Assembly (NCBI GenBank): GCA_016840035.1
Contig: JAEOTC010000243.1
Span: forward strand, 1 to 14,938
Direction of reading: 5' to 3'
DNA: 14,938 bases
Source: Candidatus Hodarchaeota archaeon
Lineage (GTDB): Archaea; Asgardarchaeota; Heimdallarchaeia; Hodarchaeales; Hodarchaeaceae
Position 1 is the stretch's first letter. Each line of letters opens with the position of its first letter. The notes under the pieces were generated by a model. That model saw only the letters and a program-made list of their open reading frames with translations. It ran no database searches and was not told where the DNA came from. Made by a program: the position numbers and the translations under genes. This document shows positions 7,990 through 14,938 of this stretch, piece by piece.

Positions 7990-9325
7990 TTCTACCTCCT
8001 CTTTTCCTCCGAAAGCTTGCCATGATTGGCAATGCAGCGAGAAGTGGAATGATATTCAATCCTGAAGCACTAGGTTTGGAAAAGATGATATTTCCTGTAT
8101 TTACCAGCCACATATCAGACTGACCTGCACCGTATGAATACGTCGAGCCAAGTAACAAAAAAGAATTATTCGATGTTTGAATTAAGCCACCTAAACTCTC
8201 TTCTTTAGAGCCCCCATAGGTTTTACTCCCTTGAAAATTACCTTTTGGGTCTGCTTTTACCAAATATATATCAATATCATTAGTAGTGTATGTTCTTCCA
8301 CCTAGGATAAACTCGCCATCGACAGTTTGTAAGAGAGATCGTATATATTCATCTCGTGAACCCCCATAGGCTTGACTCCATTGGTAGGCACCATATTCAT
8401 CGGTTTTCACTAACCAGAAATCCTCATCCCCAGAGGAGTTTGTTATTCCTCCGAGGGCAAATCCGCCATCAATTGTTTGAAGACAATCAAATGCAATTTC
8501 ATTTGCTTCTCCTCCGTACGTCTGGTTCCATTGTACAGTGCCATTTTCATCCGTTTTCACTAACCACATGTCTCCTGAACCAGCACCGTAGAAAGTAGTC
8601 CATCCTGCTAGTACGAATCCCCCATCTGGAGTTTGGAGAAGGTCATATGCCATATTAAGTCTTTCTTCTCCAAAGGTTTGCTTCCAAATAGCAGTGCCAT
8701 TTATATTGGTTTTTATTAACAACATACTTGAACACAAAGAACCAGCATTCTTGAGTATAATAACCGAGCTACCAATGACAATTTCTCCAGTTGAGGTTTG
8801 GATAATTGAAAGACTGAAAAGGGGAGAGTAGAAAGTCCAATCAATTCCACCATAAAATTGATTCCATTCGATTTTTCCATATTCATCGGTTTTTATTAAC
8901 CAAATTGCAGTATTCCATGAGCTATTTGAATAAGACTCGGTATAACCTGCCAGTAGAAATCCACCATCATCTGTTTGGAGTAAATCTGTCCCATAATCCA
9001 TCGAATCGCCCCCGTACGACTGATTCCATTCCGCTTGGCCATTGATATCGGTTTTCACCAACCACATATCCTGTGTCCCAGTTCCAAATGAATTTGTAGC
9101 CCCTGCAAGAGCGTATCCTCCATCTAGAGTCTGGATTATTGCAGAACCAAAATCAAAATCAAAACCTCCAAAAGTGGTACTCCACTCCCCCTCATTCGAG
9201 ATTTTGGAAAGAAGTTGGTTTCCATCAACTTTTTCAGTCCTAAAGACCTTTATACCTAAAAAAATCACTGGAATAAGCAAAAAAACGATAATACAAGTAG
9301 ATAATCCTTTAATTTTTCGATTCAT
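7970..9325 (-). CDS. Exported seven-repeat beta-propeller protein with C-terminal sorting tail
   Basis: N-terminal signal/anchor; seven ~50-aa repeats of W-x-x-T-Y-G-G...Q-T-x-D-G-G-[YF]-x-L-A-G-x-T...D-x-W-L-V-K-T-D-x-x-G; tail SASGLNIIPLLAALPIMASFRRKRGGR. Confidence 0.88.
   Translation of the reverse strand: MNRKIKGLSTCIIVFLLIPVIFLGIKVFRTEKVDGNQLLSKISNEGEWSTTFGGFDFDFGSAIIQTLDGGYALAGATNSFGTGTQDMWLVKTDINGQAEWNQSYGGDSMDYGTDLLQTDDGGFLLAGYTESYSNSSWNTAIWLIKTDEYGKIEWNQFYGGIDWTFYSPLFSLSIIQTSTGEIVIGSSVIILKNAGSLCSSMLLIKTNINGTAIWKQTFGEERLNMAYDLLQTPDGGFVLAGWTTFYGAGSGDMWLVKTDENGTVQWNQTYGGEANEIAFDCLQTIDGGFALGGITNSSGDEDFWLVKTDEYGAYQWSQAYGGSRDEYIRSLLQTVDGEFILGGRTYTTNDIDIYLVKADPKGNFQGSKTYGGSKEESLGGLIQTSNNSFLLLGSTYSYGAGQSDMWLVNTGNIIFSKPSASGLNIIPLLAALPIMASFRRKRGGRIIYLFF
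7972..8005. terminator. Candidate bidirectional terminator at convergent gene ends
   Basis: Stem GAGGTAGA (7979-7986) - TAAT - TCTACCTC (7991-7998), with A7 on the left and CTCTTTT on the right. Confidence 0.45.
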
Positions 9326-9416
9326 GTTTTATTCCAACTTATTTCTATACCACGAAATTAATCAAAATATGACTTTTCACTTTATTTTCTCAACGATCCT
9401 GATTTTTAACAACCAG

Positions 9417-9989
9417 TCACCAAAAGATCAACGCTCCTAAATATATCCCGCTAATGAAGAAAAAACCCAATAGGCTGTAGTAAACAATCCTAAACTTTGT
9501 ACTTGTCACAATCGGAAACCATTCTTCATCCGTCAGCTTTTTTAGTGCATTTACCACTCGACGTTCTGATGAAAACGTAATTAAGAGTTGAGCCAATGTA
9601 ACTAAAACAATTAGGAAAATAAGTATTAAGAAAACATAATTTGGATCTTCGATATTTCTAATACTTGAAAGCCACTGTAAAAGAAACCAACTAAGTATTA
9701 ATGCAATAATATTCTGGCCAAAAGTAAACAGTAAGACTTTTGTTCTTGAGAATGAAATATCCAATAAAGTCCTTTCTTCACCCATTGGTTTGAGTTTAAT
9801 TGTGCCCTCTACAATTTCATTGTCGGGATTCAGGTCAAAAATCAAACTCCAAATCGTCCCAATCGAGAAGTATACCTCTTTAGGTGTAAAATTAACTTTT
9901 ACCTTCTTAAATCGGTTAAAAAATTTATTTAATTTGGATTCTACCTCATTTGAGGTGACTTCGAAATTAATCTGTACCAAATTCTTCAC
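9417..9989 (-). CDS. Hypothetical membrane protein (soluble N-terminal domain plus about 3 TM helices)
   Basis: 190-aa ORF with three hydrophobic segments; GAGGAG near the start (GTG 9989, or TTG 9980). Confidence 0.75.
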   Translation of the reverse strand: MKNLVQINFEVTSNEVESKLNKFFNRFKKVKVNFTPKEVYFSIGTIWSLIFDLNPDNEIVEGTIKLKPMGEERTLLDISFSRTKVLLFTFGQNIIALILSWFLLQWLSSIRNIEDPNYVFLILIFLIVLVTLAQLLITFSSERRVVNALKKLTDEEWFPIVTSTKFRIVYYSLLGFFFISGIYLGALIFW

Positions 9990-10081
9990 TCCTCATACTC
10001 GACATCGTTTGATGTAATAATTCGAATCTAGCACATTCAGCTATATATTGGTTTACTCTCTAATGATTCCTCTTTCTGGAA

Positions 10082-10785
10082 TTATTTTTTGGCACACGTT
10101 CTTACTTTTCTTCTATAGGCCAGGAGTATTAGAGTTATCCAACCAATTGCATCAAAACTCGTCATTAAATCATCTGTATCATCTGTAGAAGAAGTATAAT
10201 CTGTGGTAGAGGTCAAATTGAACGGAGTTGTGGAATAATAGACTAGTTCAGAAGGAGTGAAATATGATGAATAGTCGGCCCGAATATGATCATTTTTGTC
10301 AGACAAGGGTATAATGCTCGTATTCACAGACCTCTCTCTCTGTTATAACCTTAAATAACCTCCCTCATCATTCAGATCAAAAAGAGGTGATAAAACAAAT
10401 ATTTCCACGAAGCATTGGTCTAATTCACTTGTAACTATGTTAGACGAGTTACCCGTCAAAGGCAAGAGAAGAAAGATCCCTTAGAAGGGAGAGGTTTTGG
10501 TGTTGATGATATTAGATGAAAAGCTGGTTCAAGTAGTCCTAAAGGTCAGTACAGTTTTACTGGTTCTGATCAGCCGGATAGGGGATGTGTGACTCATCCC
10601 GTCGTGACTATAGAAGCTTCTTAGTTTTTGTTGTCCGACAAATTCAGTCATGAGTGTTAGTATTTCCTATTCCTGGATGTTCTAATATAAGTACGACCAA
10701 AGCTTCTTCCACCTTTATTGATGGAGACACAATACTAAATACTATGACCATAAAAAAAAGTCAGTGAGAATTTACCTTTCTTCAT
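10082..10785 (-). pseudogene. Decayed gene for an exported protein with sorting tail
   Basis: SD AGGTGA (10800-10795) and ATG 10785. Removing one T from the T8 run (10752-10759) gives signal peptide MKKGKFSLTFFMVIVFSIVSPSIKVEEA. The middle has several in-frame stops. The 3' remnant is the 81-aa ORF ending in a Thr/Asp linker + TSFDAIGWITLILLAYRRKVR. Confidence 0.6.
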
Positions 10786-10850
10786 TGCTATAGATCACCT
10801 GAAAGTTAGAGAATAACTCTTTTGTTTAATTCGGATTAAAATCTCTTGGG

Positions 10851-10868
10851 ATTATAATAAAGGTTTAC
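10851..10868 (-). promoter_or_regulatory. BRE/TATA upstream of the decayed gene
   Basis: Minus strand reads GTAAACCTTTATTATAAT, about 70 nt upstream of ATG 10785. Confidence 0.5.
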
Positions 10869-11000
10869 ATTGGTGAAATTACCTGCCAATAAAGAAAAAT
10901 CCGAAGTAGATTAAGGTAGAACTAGAATAACCCTAAAATATTGGAAAAAGTAATGGAATATTCGAAGAAGTAGAAATTAGCAATATTCGTAGCCGGTTGC

Positions 11001-11146
11001 GATTTACACTTAAGCGAAAAAAATCTTTGTTTCCTTGAGTGTTAAACTCCCCAAGAACTGTTCAGTCACAAGTAAAATTTCATTCTACTGAAGATGACCA
11101 ACAGTTTGTTGCATGATTCAATAAATGAGGTTATTTCCTATGCAAC
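11001..11146 (+). promoter_or_regulatory. Putative structured 5' leader of the thermosome operon (three adjacent hairpins)
   Basis: Manual pairing: 11006-11014/11034-11042; 11056-11062/11100-11106 with inner stems; 11108-11114/11140-11146 covering the AUG. Confidence 0.5.
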
Positions 11147-12798
11147 TAGGTGGACAACCCGTTATAATTCTTAAAGAAGGAACTGAGCGATCACGCGGCC
11201 GTGATGCTCAGCGAAATAATATTCAGGCCGCCATAGCCGTGGCTGATGCCGTACGCAGTGCATTAGGTCCTCGGGGTATGGATAAGCTACTCGTTGATTC
11301 GTTAGGCGATGTTGTTATCACTAATGATGGCGCTACGATTCTTGACGAGATTGATGTTCAACATCCTGCAGCTAAGATGCTTGTACAAGTCGCAAAAGTA
11401 CAGGATCAAGAAGTAGGCGATGGAACGACCACATCAGTAATCGTTGCTGGAGAATTACTTAAACGAGCTGAAAAATTGCTTGATCAGAAAATTCATCCTA
11501 CGGTTATCATTGGTGGTTTCAAACTTGCCTCTGACAAATGTACTGAGATCTTGATGGACATTGCTAATAAAGTAGAAGTTGATGATATCGAGAGTCTAAC
11601 TTCAATTGCAAGAACCTCTCTCAACTCTAAATCAATTGGTGGTGCCAAAGCTCTTCTCTCTGATATGGCTGTTACTGCTACAAAAGCAGTTATGGAGGAT
11701 GAAAAGGTCGACTTAGATATGATCTCTATCATCCAAAAACAAGGCAAGAGCTTAACCGATTCTGAACTCATTCAAGGCATTGTTATTGACAAAGAAGTTG
11801 TTAACAATCGTATGCCTTCATCTGTTGAGAATCCCAAAATCGCGCTGATTGATGTGGCATTAGAAATCAAGAAAACAGAATTTGATGCAAAAATCCGGAT
11901 TACTGAAGCTTCTATGATGGATGCTTTCCTTGATCAAGAACAAACCATGATTCAAGAGATGACTGATAAGATCAAAGCATCTGGTGCAACTACCGTTCTC
12001 TGTCAGAAAGGAATAGATGATCTAGCTCAACACTTCCTTGCAAAGGAGGGTATTTTAGCTGTTCGTCGAGTGAAGAAATCCGATATGGAGAAACTTGCTC
12101 GTGCTACTGGTGCTAAAGTGGTTACCAATCTTAAAGATCTTTCTAAAGCTGACTTAGGTTCCGCTGGAGTCATTGAAGAAGTTCAGATTGGTGATGAAAA
12201 ACTCATTTACGTGAGAAATTGCCCCAATCCTAAATCTGTCTCCATTGTTCTTCGTGGGGGTACCAAATACGTCACTGATGAAGCAGAACGGGCTTTACAC
12301 GATGCTTTATGTGTCGTTCGTGATGTTCTTGAAGATGGTTGGGCCGTTGCTGGTGCAGGTAGCCCTGAAATTGAACTCCATAAAGGTCTCAAAGAGTTTG
12401 CTGGAACTGTAAAGGGTCGTGAGCAAATGGCTGTTGATGCTTTTGCGGATGCAGTTGAAATTATTCCCCGAACCCTAGCTGAGAACGCAGGGCTTGACCC
12501 CATTGATGTTTTAGTTGAGCTTCGTGCTGCTCATGAAAAGGGCAAGACCAACATTGGTATCAATGTTGATACAGGAAAGAAAGTTGATGCTTTCAAAGCT
12601 GGCATTATTGAACCACTCCGTGTGAAACGCCAAGCACTTCGATCTGCTCGTGAAGCAGCAGAATTAATACTTCGAATTGATGATGTTATTCAGAGTAAGA
12701 GTATGGGTGGTGCTGGAGGTCCACCAGGCGGTATGCCCCCAGGTATGGGTGGCATGGGCGGAATGGGTGGCATGGGTGGTATGCCCCCAATGATGTAG
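11140..12798 (+). CDS. ths: Thermosome (group II chaperonin) subunit with GGM-repeat tail
   Basis: [53 protein letters not shown]; C-terminal GGM repeats. Start set at ATG 11140 with SD GAGGT at 11127-11131. Confidence 0.97.
   Translation: MQLGGQPVIILKEGTERSRGRDAQRNNIQAAIAVADAVRSALGPRGMDKLLVDSLGDVVITNDGATILDEIDVQHPAAKMLVQVAKVQDQEVGDGTTTSVIVAGELLKRAEKLLDQKIHPTVIIGGFKLASDKCTEILMDIANKVEVDDIESLTSIARTSLNSKSIGGAKALLSDMAVTATKAVMEDEKVDLDMISIIQKQGKSLTDSELIQGIVIDKEVVNNRMPSSVENPKIALIDVALEIKKTEFDAKIRITEASMMDAFLDQEQTMIQEMTDKIKASGATTVLCQKGIDDLAQHFLAKEGILAVRRVKKSDMEKLARATGAKVVTNLKDLSKADLGSAGVIEEVQIGDEKLIYVRNCPNPKSVSIVLRGGTKYVTDEAERALHDALCVVRDVLEDGWAVAGAGSPEIELHKGLKEFAGTVKGREQMAVDAFADAVEIIPRTLAENAGLDPIDVLVELRAAHEKGKTNIGINVDTGKKVDAFKAGIIEPLRVKRQALRSAREAAELILRIDDVIQSKSMGGAGGPPGGMPPGMGGMGGMGGMGGMPPMM
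12745..12780 (+). repeat. Coding 9-bp tandem repeat (ATGGGNGGN x4) encoding the MGG tail
   Basis: atgggtggc atgggcgga atgggtggc atgggtggt. Confidence 0.85.
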
Positions 12799-12810
12799 GA
12801 GGAAATAAAG

Positions 12811-14439
12811 ATGAGTTTACAAGGAACACCCGTATTTATATTAAAAGACGATACCCAGCGCACAACTGGGAAAGATGCAGTTAGTAGCAATATTGCTGCA
12901 GCTCGTGTAATTTCTGAAGCAATTCGTTCAGCCCTTGGACCTAAAGGGATGGACAAAATGCTCCTAGATAATTTTGGTGATGTAGTTATCACTAACGATG
13001 GTGCAACCATTCTCAAAGAGATTGATATTGCCCATCCTATTGGTAAGATGATGGTTGAGCTTTCCAAGATTCAAGATCAGGAAGTTGGTGATGGGACAAC
13101 AAGTGTTGTGATTTTAGCAGGTGAATTACTCTCACAAGCTGCAGAGTTGATTTCTGGCGATAAAATTCATCCCACAATTCTAGTTGAAGGATATCGCTTA
13201 GCAACTGAAAAAGCAATTGAATTTCTAGATGAAATTGCAACTGAGGTCTCTGCTGACGATGATGTTCTCCTCAAAGAAATTGTCACTACTTCTATGGGTT
13301 CTAAAATTGTCTCTCGCTCAAGTGGTCTGCTTTCCTCCATAGTAATTGATGCTGTAAAAAGCATTGATACTGGTTCTGGTAGAATTGACATCGATGATAT
13401 TAAGGTTGAGAAGAAAGAAGGCGAAGATATTGAAGCAACTGTCCTTGTCAAAGGAATCGTTCTTGACAAAGAAGTTGTTCATGCTGGAATGCCTAAAAGT
13501 CTCGAAAACCCTAAGATTGCATTGATTACCGAAGCTTTTGAAGTTTCTAAGACAGAATTTGATTCTGAACTCAGTATCACCGATCCCACTAAAATTCAAG
13601 AGTTTTTGGATCGTGAAGCCTCAATGCTTCAAAAAATGGTTGATAAAGTTGTTGCTGCTGGAGCCAATGTCGTGATTGCCCAGAAGGGAATTGATGATGT
13701 TGCTCAACACCTCTTAGCAAAGCAGGATATTATGGCAATTCGTCGGGTGAAGAAATCCGATATTGAGAAACTAAGCAAAGCTACTGGCGCATCTATTGTC
13801 AATAATTTAAGTGATTTATCTGCTGACGATTTAGGTGCTGCTGGTAAAGTCTACGAAACCAAGATCGGCGATGACGATATGGTTTTTGTCGAAGATTGCC
13901 CTGAAGCAAAATCTGTCACTATTCTAATTCGTGGGGGTACTGAATTGGTTGTTGACGAAGCTGAGAGATCTATTCACGATGCTGTCTGTGTCGTGCGTAA
14001 TGTTCTTGAAGACAAAAAAGTAGTGGCTGGTGGTGGTGCTCCTGAAGCATATGTCAGTCGTAAACTACATAAATTTGCCGAATCCCTTGTCGGACGCGAA
14101 CAACTTGCTGTTCAGGCATTCGCCAATGCATTGGAAGTTATTCCCAGGACTCTTGCAGAAAATGCAGGTCTTGATCCCATTGACATCATTGTAGCTCTTC
14201 GTAATGAACATGAAACTGGTAATTTCAAAGCTGGTGTAGATGTTTTTGAAGGCAAAGTGAAAAACATGGATGGTGTTACTGAACCCCTACGTGTGAAAAC
14301 TCATGCTATTTCAGCTGCTAGTGAGAATGCTCAAATGATTTTGAGAATTGATGATATAATTTCCGCTAAAGCAGGTGAAGGTGGTCCTCCTGGCGGTCCA
14401 GGTGGTCCTGGAGGCATGGGTGGAGACGACTTCGATTAA
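12811..14439 (+). CDS. ths: Second thermosome (group II chaperonin) subunit with Gly/Pro and acidic tail
   Basis: [43 protein letters not shown]; starts 12 nt after subunit 1, with AGGAGG overlapping the upstream stop; tail GGPPGGPGGPGGMGGDDFD. Confidence 0.97.
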   Translation: MSLQGTPVFILKDDTQRTTGKDAVSSNIAAARVISEAIRSALGPKGMDKMLLDNFGDVVITNDGATILKEIDIAHPIGKMMVELSKIQDQEVGDGTTSVVILAGELLSQAAELISGDKIHPTILVEGYRLATEKAIEFLDEIATEVSADDDVLLKEIVTTSMGSKIVSRSSGLLSSIVIDAVKSIDTGSGRIDIDDIKVEKKEGEDIEATVLVKGIVLDKEVVHAGMPKSLENPKIALITEAFEVSKTEFDSELSITDPTKIQEFLDREASMLQKMVDKVVAAGANVVIAQKGIDDVAQHLLAKQDIMAIRRVKKSDIEKLSKATGASIVNNLSDLSADDLGAAGKVYETKIGDDDMVFVEDCPEAKSVTILIRGGTELVVDEAERSIHDAVCVVRNVLEDKKVVAGGGAPEAYVSRKLHKFAESLVGREQLAVQAFANALEVIPRTLAENAGLDPIDIIVALRNEHETGNFKAGVDVFEGKVKNMDGVTEPLRVKTHAISAASENAQMILRIDDIISAKAGEGGPPGGPGGPGGMGGDDFD

Positions 14440-14451
14440 GAACAATCTACG

Positions 14452-14515
14452 CCTTCTTCCCTTTTTTTCTTTTAACCCCCCCCCCATACTCTCCCCTCTT
14501 TCTTTTTTTCCTCCC
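14452..14515 (+). terminator. Pyrimidine-rich terminator of the thermosome operon
   Basis: T7 runs at 14462-14468 and 14503-14509 around a C10 run at 14476-14485. Confidence 0.6.
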
Positions 14516-14612
14516 TGATATGTTCGTTTCCAGAATCTACCTTCGGGATAAATAAGAAGAACTCACTTATATCTCATGTAAATCCGTCAGTTCTTGTTTG
14601 GTATAGAGCTTT

Positions 14613-14628
14613 CCAAACCGTTTTTAAT
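14613..14628 (+). promoter_or_regulatory. Putative BRE/TATA of rpoK
   Basis: CCAAACCGTTTTTAAT about 45-60 nt upstream of GTG 14673. Confidence 0.45.
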
Positions 14629-14672
14629 TCTTAATGGAATGTCGGGCTGGTTACTTCTTGTTAGAGGCGAAT

Positions 14673-14938
14673 GTGGAATATAAAATAGAGATCGGACCTC
14701 AAATGCTGACGAGGTTTGAATATGCGCGTATTTTAGGGGCCAGAGCTTTACAAATTTCAATGGGAGCTCCTGTATTAGCCGAAGCAGAAGAAACAAAATT
14801 GGAACGGACAGTAGAAGAGGTTCAAGAGCAGGGTGATCCACTCCTCATCGCAGAACAGGAGATTAAGAAACGTCTCCTACCGATATTAGTTAGAAGAACG
14901 CTCCCTGATGGAAGATATCAAGATATACCACTTTCTCA
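14673..14938 (+). CDS. rpoK: DNA-directed RNA polymerase subunit K / Rpo6 (RPB6 homologue), 3'-truncated by the window edge
   Basis: Hand translation from GTG 14673: [35 protein letters not shown]...[37 protein letters not shown]-like GAGG upstream; alternative in-frame ATG at 14634. Absent from the ORF track because there is no stop in the window. Confidence 0.96.
   Translation, partial: MEYKIEIGPQMLTRFEYARILGARALQISMGAPVLAEAEETKLERTVEEVQEQGDPLLIAEQEIKKRLLPILVRRTLPDGRYQDIPLS

Noticed and set aside
10264-10303. C/D-box sRNA-like layout (ATGATGA...CCGA..ATGATCA...CAGA)
   Set aside because: Guides are only 9 and 7 nt, the D box is not CTGA, and it lies antisense to a coding remnant.
10520-10545. 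GGTTCAAG resembling a tRNA T-loop
   Set aside because: No T-stem, acceptor stem or cloverleaf can be built around it.
5286-10892. 9-bp direct repeat TGCCAATAA (5286-94, 10884-92) as target-site duplication of the accessory block
   Set aside because: A 9-mer match between two AT-rich intergenic regions of this size is expected by chance, and no mobility gene is present.
11125-11139. Upstream ATG for thermosome subunit 1 (MRLFP extension)
   Set aside because: It overlaps the SD of ATG 11140 and has no SD of its own; MQLGGQPV fits typical thermosome N-termini.
1123-14841. Shadow ORFs in the track (1123-1323, 2673-2954, 3090-3284, 3572-3760, 4103-4333, 5334-5567, 7628-7915, 8356-8598, 9042-9440, 9790-10017, 11493-11771, 12207-12503, 12690-13067, 13037-13240, 13167-13469, 13318-13599, 14587-14841)
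   Set aside because: They overlap well-supported genes in antisense or alternative frames and show no recognisable motifs; 14587-14841 is antisense to rpoK.

Overview
Archaeal chromosomal window, most likely from an Asgard archaeon (Heimdallarchaeia/Hodarchaeales-like; this is inference from gene content and protein tails). Core genes: a 1-Cys AhpE-like peroxiredoxin, an SsnA-like amidohydrolase, a tailless HMf-type histone, two tandem group II chaperonin (thermosome) subunits, and the 5' part of rpoK/Rpo6, which the ORF track missed. Five exported proteins carry a PGF-CTERM-like C-terminal sorting tail: a partial protein at the left edge, a two-HKD phospholipase D-family enzyme, a six-repeat Ig-like glycoprotein, a seven-repeat beta-propeller, and one decayed gene. 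Three of these lie in an accessory block (~5.0-10.9 kb) between the divergent histone and thermosome genes. Most interesting signals: (1) a three-hairpin leader that buries the thermosome start codon, an RNA-thermometer-like layout; (2) a surface-anchored PLD whose two HKD half-domains appear swapped relative to the usual euryarchaeal family; (3) the shared but variable sorting tail; (4) a dyad/GAA-TTC array over the histone transcription start. No tRNA, rRNA, CRISPR, integrase or transposase was recognised.
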